From positions 4,000,001 to 4,064,000 of the forward strand of contig OZ254086.1 of NCBI GenBank assembly GCA_965267575.1: a DNA stretch of 64,000 bases, given 5' to 3'. The translations under genes were made by a program, and so were the position numbers. Position 1 is the stretch's first letter; the number at the start of each line of letters is the position of its first letter. Positions 18,086-27,841 of this stretch are shown piece after piece. The notes beneath the pieces are model-generated. The model ran no database searches. It was not told the DNA's origin and saw only the letters and a program-made list of their open reading frames with translations. This DNA comes from Calditrichales bacterium. Lineage in GTDB: Bacteria; Calditrichota; Calditrichia; Calditrichales; J004.

Positions 18086-19543
18086 CTACGGCGTCCAGTC
18101 ACGCGTACCCGCGATCGATGTAGAGGCGCGTCCGTTACCCTGGGCCGGCGTGGTTACTTCGATCGTTATATAGACCTGCGGCGCTTCGAGACTGTCGCCC
18201 GGCGCCCATGTAAAATTAAAATCGGTGGTGCCGTTTCCCGAAAAGCGTGCGTCATCCAATGTTACCTGTGTGTCGCCAAACAGGTCACCGTCCGTGGCTT
18301 TTACGGAAATAGTTGTGTTACCCACCAGCGGATGGCCAAAAATATCATTCACGTTGTAACTGAAGTTGCTGGGCTGGTTTGTCGCGTCATAGCTAAACGT
18401 GGAAGGATTGATGCCGATCGGGGCTGTTGCCGCGCTGAGCAAAACCGTTGTTTCCGCACTCAGTGTCAGGTTGGTCAAGGTGTCGCCATAGGTCCACGCG
18501 GAAATCGTGGCAAAGGGGTCATTAATCGGATCGGGCGGTAATGGCGCGGCGCTCATAAAGCTCACGGTCGCACGACCCATCTCGTCTGTAACGGCGGCGC
18601 CATCCACAATACCATAGTCACTTGAAAAATAAACGATCGTGCCCGGCGCAACCGGGTTGCTGTATTGGTCACCCACGAAGGCCGTCACATTATCGAGAAT
18701 CCCAAAATGGACACGTCCTGCGATATTGGCTCTTTCAATGGCAACGCTAAAATGATCTTCATCAGGCAAGCCGCCAAAAATCGCCACACGCGGCGGAATG
18801 GCGCTAAAGGTGCCGTTTTCGTTTTGAAACGTGGCCTCCAGCTGCACGGCACCGGAAACAGTACCGCTGCTGAGCACGGTGTAACACAATCCGTTTTCAG
18901 TAATCATCGATTCCGGAAAAACGTACTCGCCGCCACCGGGACCGTTCTTTACGCTAAAATTTACTTCGACGGCGTTGTCATTGCTTACGAGCCGACCCTC
19001 GCTATCGGTCACGCGAAATACCAGGACAGTCGTTTCCTGCAATCCGGATGATTTGACATAAATATGGGGATCGGGGCTGTTCTCCAGCACGATATGGGCT
19101 GCTTTCCCGCTGGAACCCGTAGGCAGATCTCCGCCCCCGTCTCCGGAATCGGCATTTATGCGAGCCAGTGTCACATCGGATACAATGGCATTGCTGCCCT
19201 TTTTGGCCAACACCGTCGCCGATCCGTTAAAAAAGCCCACTTTTGATATTTCCAGCTCAACCTGTTTGGATTCATCTTCACCGATATCCAGGTTCAATGT
19301 GTAACCGCCCTGGCTGTTTGTGAGCGTCTGTGCAAAAACCGAGACAGTCTGCGAAGTTACCAAAGCGTTGGCCACAGGGACGTAATCGCCATCGCTTTGC
19401 AGCGTGTACACCGCTCCGCTTACGGTTGTTGTTTCATTGGAATCATTTGCGGATTCGCACGCCGGGAAGAGGGTTATGCCCGCCAGCAAACAGGCAACAA
19501 TTGCTTTTTTCACGGTTCCTCCGCTCGTCTTATACATATTCAC
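18086..19543 (-). CDS. Lipoprotein with carboxypeptidase-regulatory-like and bacterial Ig-like (Big_1/invasin-type) domains; last gene of the pilus operon
   Basis: Lipobox FPAC; TLTNSQGGYTL, FRVTDSEGRLV, VGDQYSNPVAPGTIVYF, VTDEMGRATVSF, VNDIFGHPL. Confidence 0.7.
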   Translation of the reverse strand: MNMYKTSGGTVKKAIVACLLAGITLFPACESANDSNETTTVSGAVYTLQSDGDYVPVANALVTSQTVSVFAQTLTNSQGGYTLNLDIGEDESKQVELEISKVGFFNGSATVLAKKGSNAIVSDVTLARINADSGDGGGDLPTGSSGKAAHIVLENSPDPHIYVKSSGLQETTVLVFRVTDSEGRLVSNDNAVEVNFSVKNGPGGGEYVFPESMITENGLCYTVLSSGTVSGAVQLEATFQNENGTFSAIPPRVAIFGGLPDEDHFSVAIERANIAGRVHFGILDNVTAFVGDQYSNPVAPGTIVYFSSDYGIVDGAAVTDEMGRATVSFMSAAPLPPDPINDPFATISAWTYGDTLTNLTLSAETTVLLSAATAPIGINPSTFSYDATNQPSNFSYNVNDIFGHPLVGNTTISVKATDGDLFGDTQVTLDDARFSGNGTTDFNFTWAPGDSLEAPQVYITIEVTTPAQGNGRASTSIAGTRDWTP

Positions 19544-20570
19544 TCAGCTTTATTTGGGGTGAAATAATGTTGTTCTGCCGTAAGTCGGACAGGCTGCGCT
19601 CAAAGCTTTGCATACCATATTCCGCGCCGGTTTGTATCATCGAGTCGATCTGGTGGGTTTTGCCTTCACGGATCAGGTTTTTTACGGCATCCGTGTTGAC
19701 CAGCACTTCCATAATGGCAACCCGGTCTTTTTCCAATGCTTTGGGTACTAACCTCTGGCTGATCACGGAAACGAGCGTGGCGGCCAGCAATTGCCGTACC
19801 TGCTGCTGCGCTTCCGATGGAAATACGTTAATAATTCTGTCGATTGTTTCCGGGGCGCTGTTTGTATGCAGGGTTGAAAAAACAAGGTGCCCGGTTTCCG
19901 CGGCACGCAACGCGTTGGAGATTGTTTCCGTATCGCGCATTTCGCCTACAAGGATCACATCGGGATCTTCGCGCAGGGCCGAGCGCAGCGCCGCCGCAAA
20001 ATCGCGGGTATGTATGCCCACTTCCCGCTGGTGGATAAGGCAGCTCCGCGGATTGTGCACGTACTCCACCGGATCCTCGATAGTAATGATATGCTCACGC
20101 CGGCTCAGGTTGATCTCATTCAGCATAGCCGCCAGCGTCGTCGATTTACCGCTGCCGGTCGGACCCGTAACAAGGATCAGCCCTTTGCGGTGCTCCACAA
20201 TGCGGCGCAGGATAACCGGCATGCGCATTTCCTGCAAAGTTCGTATGTGCTGGTTGATAACACGGAAAGCGCCGGATATGCCATTCATGTGGCGGTAAAA
20301 ATTTACACGAAAACGCGAGATATCCTCAAGCTGCAGGGCAAAATCCAGCTCGTTGTTGTCCTGAAAATATTTTTTTTGCTCATCACCAAGCATGGTAAGA
20401 AAAAAACGATTGAGTTCGGTTTTGTCCAGTACCGGCGCGTCCACCTGGCGCAATTGCCCCATAATGCGCAGCACCGGTGGTCTGCCGCTGCTGAAATGCA
20501 CATCCGAAGCATTGTTCTTTACAGCCAGTTTCAGAGTTTCCCGAACCAGCTGGTCAATCGCGTGAGCCAT
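19530..20570 (-). CDS. pilT: Type IV pilus retraction ATPase PilT
   Basis: ASDVHF, GPTGSGKSTTLAAM, TIEDPVEY, ALRSALREDPDVILVGEMRD, AVKNLIRE (AIRNLIRE motif), GMQS. Start probably ATG 20570. Confidence 0.95.
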   Translation of the reverse strand: MAHAIDQLVRETLKLAVKNNASDVHFSSGRPPVLRIMGQLRQVDAPVLDKTELNRFFLTMLGDEQKKYFQDNNELDFALQLEDISRFRVNFYRHMNGISGAFRVINQHIRTLQEMRMPVILRRIVEHRKGLILVTGPTGSGKSTTLAAMLNEINLSRREHIITIEDPVEYVHNPRSCLIHQREVGIHTRDFAAALRSALREDPDVILVGEMRDTETISNALRAAETGHLVFSTLHTNSAPETIDRIINVFPSEAQQQVRQLLAATLVSVISQRLVPKALEKDRVAIMEVLVNTDAVKNLIREGKTHQIDSMIQTGAEYGMQSFERSLSDLRQNNIISPQIKLSEYV

Positions 20571-20574
20571 TTGC

Positions 20575-21861
20575 CTAGCGCTCCTCAGCCGCGTATCCAA
20601 CAATCTTTGGCGTAATAAAAATCAACAAGTCTGATTTTTCGACTTTGGTACTTGTGTTCTGGAACAGGTAGCCCAATACGGGTATGTCGCCCAGCAGCCA
20701 AAGCTTCTCTACCGTCTTATTGCGTGTTTCTTTGATCAGCCCGCCCAGCACAAGCGTTTGATTATCCAGAACGGTTACAACCGTTTCAACCTCGCGCTTG
20801 GAGGTAATCGGCTGCGGTGTATCGCTGCCGCCGGTAAAGCCGATGATCTCCTCCATCATCGGATGAACCTGCAACGTTATCTGACCGTCTTCACCAATCT
20901 GCGGAATGACATCCAGGTTGATATTCACATCTTTTTCGCGAAAGGTGATCAGGTCACCGGCGATACCGCGCGACACTTCCGGGACGGGCACGGTTGTTCC
21001 GATTCGAATGGAGGCTTTGCGGTTATTAAGGGTTGTTACTTTGGGATTACTGACCAGCCGCGATCCGTTGTCACGCGCCAGCATATCCAGCGTGGCGCTT
21101 AGCTGATCGACGGTGAGAACGCCCAGGTTCATATTTTCGCCGGCGTCCGGCAGTTTATACCAGGCGGAAAGAAGCCGCGTATCCCCCTGATCGCTGCCCT
21201 TGGTGATTGGCGCTGTGGTTTCGGCGCCATCCATTGAAACGGAGACGCTTTTGGGCAGATTTAAACCATACTGCTGCTCATCGCTTAACAAAGATTCCAC
21301 CAGGCGCACTTCAATATGGATTTGCTGCTGCGGCACATCCAGCGAGCGGATCACCTGTTCAATGTTTTTGATATTTTCCCAAAGGTCGGTAACAACCAGG
21401 ATATTCGAGCGCAGGTCAGATTCTTCTTTTTCGGATTGTGCCATCAGCGGCGTGATTTTGCCTTTTTCCGACAACATGGGTGAAACGGTTTCCATCAGAT
21501 GGTAGGCATTCAGATAGCTGAGCTGAAAGACTTTACTCTGCAGTTCTCCGTTAACGTCATCGCCAAACGCCTTTACAAGCAGTACATCATTTTCTATAAC
21601 ATAATGGTAACCTTTAGACTTGAGGATGGAGTTTATGGCATCGGCCAGCGTAACGTCCGATAGCTGAACACTTACCCGGCCGGTTACACCATCGCCCACA
21701 ACCATATTGATGGCATATTGGCGGGAAAAGAGGCGCAGCACTTCTGTAATGGAAGCGCCGTCAAACTGCGGAGACACCTTTTGGCTGAGCTTCTGCTGCA
21801 GGTCCATCGCGTGGACGCTGCTGAACAGCAGGGTTACTATCAAGATGATACGAATTTTCAT
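20575..21861 (-). CDS. pilQ: Secretin (PilQ/GspD/MshL family), compact STN-N3-secretin form
   Basis: Signal peptide, QIHIEVRLVE, SNPKVTTLNN, TLVLGGLI, LGDIPVLGYLF, LLIFITPKIV. Confidence 0.9.
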   Translation of the reverse strand: MKIRIILIVTLLFSSVHAMDLQQKLSQKVSPQFDGASITEVLRLFSRQYAINMVVGDGVTGRVSVQLSDVTLADAINSILKSKGYHYVIENDVLLVKAFGDDVNGELQSKVFQLSYLNAYHLMETVSPMLSEKGKITPLMAQSEKEESDLRSNILVVTDLWENIKNIEQVIRSLDVPQQQIHIEVRLVESLLSDEQQYGLNLPKSVSVSMDGAETTAPITKGSDQGDTRLLSAWYKLPDAGENMNLGVLTVDQLSATLDMLARDNGSRLVSNPKVTTLNNRKASIRIGTTVPVPEVSRGIAGDLITFREKDVNINLDVIPQIGEDGQITLQVHPMMEEIIGFTGGSDTPQPITSKREVETVVTVLDNQTLVLGGLIKETRNKTVEKLWLLGDIPVLGYLFQNTSTKVEKSDLLIFITPKIVGYAAEER

Positions 21862-21883
21862 GCCCGGTTCTCCCGATTCCGTT

Positions 21884-22333
21884 TTATAATTTTAATGTCA
21901 GGTTTTCGTCACCTTTGCTCAGCAATACGCGGCTCTGCTCTATCTTCACGATCTTGTAGCCTGCGATTTCATCGCCAACGGAAAGGACCTGATCGTTTAT
22001 CATCGCCATGGACGCCTGCCCGGCATAACTGATCGCCTTTAGCGTCAGACTGACCCGTGGCGCTTTCTTTACAACACGGCGGGGCGCCGGTTTATGGCTT
22101 GGATCGTCAAAGGGATCGCGGCCCCAGCTTTTGGCTGACGCCGGCGTAACGCGGGCTGAGGCAACTCGCGCCACAGCGGTTTTCGGTTTAACACTTTTTT
22201 CGACGGCCGCCTTGGAATCGCCGCCGTAAAAACTGCTGTAATCATCGGAATTGATGACAAAATCACCGATGGCAAAAACGACCACAACGGCCAGAACGAT
22301 CAGTAATACTTTTTGGCGCTTTTCAATCTGCAT
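21884..22333 (-). CDS. PilP/MshK-like pilus assembly protein
   Basis: N-terminal TM, WGRDPF motif, LTLKAISY...AMINDQVLSVGDEIAGYKIVKIE; lies between pilO and the secretin. Confidence 0.7.
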   Translation of the reverse strand: MQIEKRQKVLLIVLAVVVVFAIGDFVINSDDYSSFYGGDSKAAVEKSVKPKTAVARVASARVTPASAKSWGRDPFDDPSHKPAPRRVVKKAPRVSLTLKAISYAGQASMAMINDQVLSVGDEIAGYKIVKIEQSRVLLSKGDENLTLKL

Positions 22334-22896
22334 CAGCGGTCCCCTTTCGCCCAGGCATAGAGCCGGCCGCTTATGTCCGCTTCCAGATCGCGGCCTCGGC
22401 GGTCGCTTTTTCCCACATACGCTTCCTCGGCAACGATATAGAAATCCTGCTGTGACCAGCTTTCAATAAAGCGGCCAATGTTGAGATAGTGCCCCTTTAC
22501 GGTAATGGAAAACGGCAGGGCCTTAACCTCGGATTGCGATGTATCCGCGAAAAAGGCTGAAAAAGCAGGAGTAAAATCAACAAGCTGAAGATTATGTTTT
22601 CGTGAGAGATCGCGCATCTTTTCGGTGACGATACTTAGATCGCCCTTGTCAATAAAACGGCCTTCCAGCGCGAAGAGTGAGGCGCTTTCCCTCTCCAGGC
22701 GTTGACGGATATTATCGAGATCCTGCTGGGCGCGGCTCGCTTTATCGTAGCGTTCGATGGTTTTTTCCAGATCCTGCTGTAACGCCAGGTATTGCTTCTG
22801 CTGCGGGTTATAGACAAATGTCCAGAAACCGCCGCAACAGGCCACCATGGTAATCAGAATAACCGCGAATATTTTTTTGGACGTAAACATAAGCAC
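22333..22896 (-). CDS. pilO: Type IV pilus assembly protein PilO
   Basis: TM, coiled coil, LPFSITVKGHYLNIGRFI motif. Confidence 0.8.
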   Translation of the reverse strand: MLMFTSKKIFAVILITMVACCGGFWTFVYNPQQKQYLALQQDLEKTIERYDKASRAQQDLDNIRQRLERESASLFALEGRFIDKGDLSIVTEKMRDLSRKHNLQLVDFTPAFSAFFADTSQSEVKALPFSITVKGHYLNIGRFIESWSQQDFYIVAEEAYVGKSDRRGRDLEADISGRLYAWAKGDR

Positions 22897-24867
22897 CTAC
22901 AGGTATGCCTTTAATTCAAATTCCAGTCGCTGCCGCACATTTCTTTTGTTTTTTTCGTCTATCTCAATATTCTTGAAATAATTGAGATCTTTTAGGTGAT
23001 CGATAAAGTTGATCAGGATAACATCACTATTCAGGTAATCGCCGTTTACGGTACCGGAAAGTGTAATGACGTAATCATAATCCGAATTCTGGTTGGCTGC
23101 CGGGCGTCTTCCCATGCGTCTGCCACGGGTTTGCGTTGCCTGGTGACGGGAAAAAGTGATCTCATTCAGGATGATATCTTCCATGGTCTCGTTGGAAAGC
23201 AAGCGCATCACATCCAGCAAGGGTGTCTCTTCAGCGACGCTGTTTACCAGCGCTGCTTTGCGAGATTGAATAGCGGTAATCTCGCTATTGAGACGCTGGT
23301 ACTCCACACGGGCCGGATTAATTTTGTTGTATTGGCGGGTGATCTGATCAAAGCGGGCCTGGATGCCCTCTATCTGGCTGTTTGTAAAAAAGCTTAGATA
23401 GCCCATTGTGGCCATAACCAATACAAAAACAATGGCAGCAACAGCGTTTAAACGCTTAAAGCGCGCCTGCGCCTGCACCTCGCCCGGCACCATATTAAAG
23501 GGATGTTCGGTGTTGATAAGGGCACCTAAAGCCGCCGAAAATTCACCATGACGACTGCGATTCTCTTCCGCCTCCTGAAACTTTGGGGCCAGAATAAACA
23601 CCGGCATACCGAAATTTTTCTTGAGAAACGAGATCAGGCTCTCTTTTTGCACGCCATAGCCGGTTACAAAAACCCGCGAGATGTTACGGCCTTTTTTAAG
23701 GCTGTTAAAATAATCTATGCTGTTTTGAAGCTCTGACCGGAACAGTTGCAACGCCGGGCTTTGATTATGTTGCAGGGCTTTTAGCCGCGCCCGCAGCACT
23801 TCCCTGATCCTTTCTGGTTTCAATGCGCCATCCCGACCAATACCGTCAGAATCCGAATGATCCAGCATATCCGGCCCAAGCAGATTGCCTTTATTATCAT
23901 GGATGGCCAACTCCAGGTTGGCGGCGCCGCTGGCAATATTGCGCGTATATTCCAGTTCGCCATTATTCAGGTAACTTACGTGGGTCAGCTCATAAGAAAT
24001 ATCAACAAGGATTTCTTCCTCGCTTTTATTTACAAAATGCCGGAAAACATTGCTAAGGGCCACCTGGCGCGGAACCAGGCATTGCGGCGTAAGACCGGAG
24101 GACTCAAATAAGTCCATATGCTCCACGACAACATCCTCCGGAACCACGACGGTAAGCACGCGCGATTTGCGGATATTATCCTCGCTGAATTCCTCAAGCA
24201 CCTTATAGCGCCAGATGCTTTTTTCGTTAAAACCGGGTAATTCTCCCTGAAGCTTGTAAAAAAGGGCGTTTTTAAATTCGCCCTGTTTGCGCATTTTAGG
24301 AAGTACGAATTGGCGTACCGTGATGTCCGGGCTAAAAAAGCAGACATAGACTTGCTGGCCTTTTTTATACTTTGTGGCCTTAATATTGTCGATTGCTATT
24401 TTGAGAGCTTTGTAGCGTTCACCTTCTTCAGCCGGGGTCATCTTAACACCCCAATCCGTTACCTGCACCTGACTGCCGTTGCTCTTTCCGGTAAGGTAAC
24501 GCACCTTATCACTGTCTATGTCAATACACAAAAAGGAGTGCGTGTTCAGTTGTTGCAAGAAGGAAAAAGGCTGATAAAACTCGGCCATGCCGTGCATATA
24601 CTTGAGCGACGAAAACTCTTCCGTTGCTCCCGGCATTGCCACTTTGCCCGCGCGTTTTTGCGCTGCCGGTTTTTCACGTTTATCCGCCCCGGTTGTACTG
24701 CGTTTTTCTGCTTTGAGGCGGACTTTTTTCCCGGCCTTGCGGCTAGCAGGTTTGGTTACCGTCCTTTTTCCTTTCAGAGCATCCACTTTAGCAGGCTTGC
24801 TGTTTTTCTCTTCTAACTGTATTGATTCGCTTTTTGGCATGTCTGTATCTGTTTTTTCCGTCGTCAA
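22897..24867 (-). CDS. PilM-PilN fusion (actin-like domain, TM, PilN domain) with Lys-rich N-terminal extension
   Basis: LCIDIDSDKVR, ILVDISYELTHV...YTRNIASG, VFVTGYG, AALGAL then FNMVP + TM + coiled coil + ITLSG...FIDHLKDLNYFKNI...FELKA. Confidence 0.8.
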   Translation of the reverse strand: MTTEKTDTDMPKSESIQLEEKNSKPAKVDALKGKRTVTKPASRKAGKKVRLKAEKRSTTGADKREKPAAQKRAGKVAMPGATEEFSSLKYMHGMAEFYQPFSFLQQLNTHSFLCIDIDSDKVRYLTGKSNGSQVQVTDWGVKMTPAEEGERYKALKIAIDNIKATKYKKGQQVYVCFFSPDITVRQFVLPKMRKQGEFKNALFYKLQGELPGFNEKSIWRYKVLEEFSEDNIRKSRVLTVVVPEDVVVEHMDLFESSGLTPQCLVPRQVALSNVFRHFVNKSEEEILVDISYELTHVSYLNNGELEYTRNIASGAANLELAIHDNKGNLLGPDMLDHSDSDGIGRDGALKPERIREVLRARLKALQHNQSPALQLFRSELQNSIDYFNSLKKGRNISRVFVTGYGVQKESLISFLKKNFGMPVFILAPKFQEAEENRSRHGEFSAALGALINTEHPFNMVPGEVQAQARFKRLNAVAAIVFVLVMATMGYLSFFTNSQIEGIQARFDQITRQYNKINPARVEYQRLNSEITAIQSRKAALVNSVAEETPLLDVMRLLSNETMEDIILNEITFSRHQATQTRGRRMGRRPAANQNSDYDYVITLSGTVNGDYLNSDVILINFIDHLKDLNYFKNIEIDEKNKRNVRQRLEFELKAYL

Positions 24868-26540
24868 TTAATCGCTTTCCATTGTGAGCTAAGTATGACG
24901 CGTGATCCGCCATTTATCGAAAATTGCATAAAGTCCCGAACGAGATCTTTGTCATGAATAACATTCAGTTGGTTAACATGCTCTTTATCATCCTCATGCT
25001 CCACAGCACTTCCTTCAATATTACCGTGAGAAATGATTCCACCCTTAAACGTCAACTCGCGAATCTCAGCATCATCAGGAATAGGCGTATCACTTATCTC
25101 ATCAACACTATGGCCCAAATTCACCAGCAAGATAAGGTCTTGAAGATCATAGTCCTCAGCATCGGTGTCACGGGTTGAAAGTTCAAAAAGTATCAAAACC
25201 TGGTTATCCGTAAGTACCACTTTTTGATTGCTAAAATTGACATAGGGCTCAATAAAATCTATAGCTGACGCCTGGTCTTTAAAGGCCGGGAGGTCGGGAA
25301 GATAGTCGCCGTTACGAAGCAGCCATACAATATCGAAATCTTTCTTTTTGGACGAATGCGCCATCTGGTGCATTTTGTATTTGCCGCCCTTGCCGTTATT
25401 CTTAAACCATGACCGCGCTTTGAAGTCCATCTTATCCCCGGCATTGTAGGTCTGGTCAAAATAGAAAGTCATGCTATTGCCGGGAATATTAAGATTGCCT
25501 TCTTCAAGATCGGCGTCTTTGTTTTTGTCACTGGCGGACGGATTCGGACCAAAAGGCCTCAGCTTGTCTTTTCCAACTTTAAAGTCGAATGTCACGGGGG
25601 CATTATAAAGCTCGCCGTTATGAACATCCTGCAAGGCAGCGCCAAGCACGGAAAGGCTCGCCGCGAATTCATCTTCTGGAATGATCTCGCCATCATCAAT
25701 GTCAAAATCGACAGGCTCTTTGTCCTCTTCGTCTTCCTCTTCTTCGCCTTCAACCTTCTCTTCAACATATATCTTTTTGTCGTAATTGGGCTGATATATG
25801 GTCATGCTTACGTCCGAAGAGTTTTTCCATGCCGGCTTAAAAATAATATTGCCCATGGCGACAAAGTGGACACCATTCTCCCATGAACCGTTTACAAAGG
25901 AAAGGTCTCCTTCCACAAAAACAATAGTGCCGTCCGGTGGGTTAAAGTCATTTGTAACAGACAGATTACCGTCGTAGTAGTATGAGTTGTCGTCCTCATG
26001 CGTAGACTTGGCAATGGCACGCAGCTCATTTAAATCGAAATATGGCACGGCGCCGGCGTTTTGAAATATTAATGCGCCGTTTGCTTCTGCTTCAGGATCC
26101 GATTTTGCCACGGTATTAAAAACAGACTTTCCCGAATAAACGGCATAATTAGGAACGTAAGATGAATCCGTACTAAAGATTGTCGTATGAAGTGTTTGGC
26201 TGATACCGCCGGTTTTGCCTGTTGCCGTAAACTTGACCTGGTTACTCCCGACTTTTGTCATCGCCACATCGGCGGTAACGCCATCACCGAGATCCAGATC
26301 ATCAATTTCAAATTCATCCGGGTCCTCTTTTGGGTCGGCAACATATTTTTTAATCCCGTACTCCAAGCCCGATTGCGCGGCGTAGAAGGCGCGCTGTTCG
26401 TCGGCCTCAAACATCTGGCCGCGTCTGTCAGATGAGACAATAGACGCAACGATTACACCCAATACGGATAGCATCAGGACCACACTAACTATCGTTGTTG
26501 TCACATGCCCATGCTGAGACTTAAAGTTAGTTCCTCGCAT
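24864..26540 (-). CDS. Large PilX-like minor pilin / tip protein with inserted acidic domain
   Basis: Start likely ATG 26540: MRGTNFKSQHG|HVTTTIVSVVLMLSVLG (class III-like signal, no Glu5), then RAFYAAQSGLEYG, a PilX N-terminal signature. Confidence 0.7.
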   Translation of the reverse strand: MRGTNFKSQHGHVTTTIVSVVLMLSVLGVIVASIVSSDRRGQMFEADEQRAFYAAQSGLEYGIKKYVADPKEDPDEFEIDDLDLGDGVTADVAMTKVGSNQVKFTATGKTGGISQTLHTTIFSTDSSYVPNYAVYSGKSVFNTVAKSDPEAEANGALIFQNAGAVPYFDLNELRAIAKSTHEDDNSYYYDGNLSVTNDFNPPDGTIVFVEGDLSFVNGSWENGVHFVAMGNIIFKPAWKNSSDVSMTIYQPNYDKKIYVEEKVEGEEEEDEEDKEPVDFDIDDGEIIPEDEFAASLSVLGAALQDVHNGELYNAPVTFDFKVGKDKLRPFGPNPSASDKNKDADLEEGNLNIPGNSMTFYFDQTYNAGDKMDFKARSWFKNNGKGGKYKMHQMAHSSKKKDFDIVWLLRNGDYLPDLPAFKDQASAIDFIEPYVNFSNQKVVLTDNQVLILFELSTRDTDAEDYDLQDLILLVNLGHSVDEISDTPIPDDAEIRELTFKGGIISHGNIEGSAVEHEDDKEHVNQLNVIHDKDLVRDFMQFSINGGSRVILSSQWKAIN

Positions 26541-27012
26541 AGATCGTTTCCTCCATGACAATGGTTTCGTCATTTCTGTTGATATTTAGTCTGACCCCAA
26601 TAAAAACCACTGAATCCTGCACGGCGGTTTCGTTGCCGTCACTGTTTAAATAACTGAATGGCGCTTCCTGAATGCCGGGAAGAATCTCGTTTTCGTTGCG
26701 GTAAAAAGCGCCGTCCGTGGCCACATAGCGGACATCCTGACCATTGTTATTCGTAAACAACAAATCGGAAGGTTGCATGGTTTTCAAATTCGCCGTCGAC
26801 ATATTCTGAATGTCCTGGCGCAACATGCGAATGGCCTTTCGTGTGTCCACAGTTACCGCTGTCTGATGAAACATCTGGTTAAATGCATTTGACTGGTTAA
26901 AGACAATCGTAAGCGTTATAGTACCTACAATAGCGGTAAGAACCAGCCCTACAACCAGTTCCATAAGAGTAAACCCGCTTTCGTTATTTTTCCGTGCTGA
27001 TAGCTTTTTCAT
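26527..27012 (-). CDS. Minor pilin (PilW/GspJ-like)
   Basis: ESG|FTLMELVVGLVL prepilin N-methyl motif; AIRMLRQDIQN. Confidence 0.85.
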   Translation of the reverse strand: MKKLSARKNNESGFTLMELVVGLVLTAIVGTITLTIVFNQSNAFNQMFHQTAVTVDTRKAIRMLRQDIQNMSTANLKTMQPSDLLFTNNNGQDVRYVATDGAFYRNENEILPGIQEAPFSYLNSDGNETAVQDSVVFIGVRLNINRNDETIVMEETIYARN

Positions 27013-27014
27013 GA

Positions 27015-27422
27015 TCAGTAAGTAAACTTTGTCAGATAAAAAGTTATCTGAAATGGCCGTGGCATATTTGAATTTGATACGACGACGGTCACTTCATACG
27101 CTTCCTGATTGTCTTCTCCCCACTCCGCGATATAGGTGATTTGGGTTTGGCGGGAAAATCCGTTTTCCTGTTCTTCCGTTCCTTCGAAGCGCTCTTCCAC
27201 CGTTTGATACCAGTCCCAGTTCGCGTCCCTGAAGGCCTGGATCTCCTCCAGCCGGCTATCGGCAAGGTAAACGCTTTGTGTCATCAGCCGGTTGGTCACG
27301 GTTCTCACGGAGAGATTACCCATGAGTACGAAAAGGGAAGGCAAGGCGATGCCAACAATTATTACGACCACTACGGCCTCAAGAAGTGTGACGCCTTTTT
27401 CTTCCCTCAGTCGACTCAACAT
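27015..27422 (-). CDS. Minor pilin (PilV/MshD-like)
   Basis: EKG|VTLLEAVVVVIIVGIAL; LADSRLEEI. Confidence 0.85.
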   Translation of the reverse strand: MLSRLREEKGVTLLEAVVVVIIVGIALPSLFVLMGNLSVRTVTNRLMTQSVYLADSRLEEIQAFRDANWDWYQTVEERFEGTEEQENGFSRQTQITYIAEWGEDNQEAYEVTVVVSNSNMPRPFQITFYLTKFTY

Positions 27423-27434
27423 AAATTTTTACCT

Positions 27435-27770
27435 CTAATAGCTCACCGACAGGAAGCCATCGTCATCTACAGTAACGGTAAAGCTGCCTTCCGGCGCCTG
27501 ACCATTGGCAAAAAATGTAGACGCATCATCGTTGTAATCGGAAACCACGGACGCCAGTGTCGTCGCATTATCATTCATCAGGCGATTGGAGTATTCCATC
27601 AGGATGGCGGCTTCAATCGCTTTGGCGTTGGCTTCGTTACGTGCGGCAGTGGCATTGTCGGTCAAATCGAAATAACGCGGTACGGCGATGGCCGCCAGGA
27701 TGCCGATGATTACGACAACAACTACCAGTTCCATTAAAGTGAAACCACTTTGGTTAGATGATAAACGCAT
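27435..27770 (-). CDS. Probable major type IV pilin (short, PilA/MshA-like)
   Basis: QSG|FTLMELVVVVVIIGILAAIAVPRY; AGGAG RBS; about 102-aa mature pilin with no Cys. Confidence 0.88.
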   Translation of the reverse strand: MRLSSNQSGFTLMELVVVVVIIGILAAIAVPRYFDLTDNATAARNEANAKAIEAAILMEYSNRLMNDNATTLASVVSDYNDDASTFFANGQAPEGSFTVTVDDDGFLSVSY

Positions 27771-27841
27771 TGTTTTATCTCCTATGTTTGTGAATTGTAC
27801 GGTTTTGGTAACCTTTTCTAACCCTATTTTCGACGCTTATC

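Noticed and set aside
19330..20615. 322-aa and 242-aa plus-strand ORFs
   Set aside because: Antisense shadows of the conserved pilT gene.
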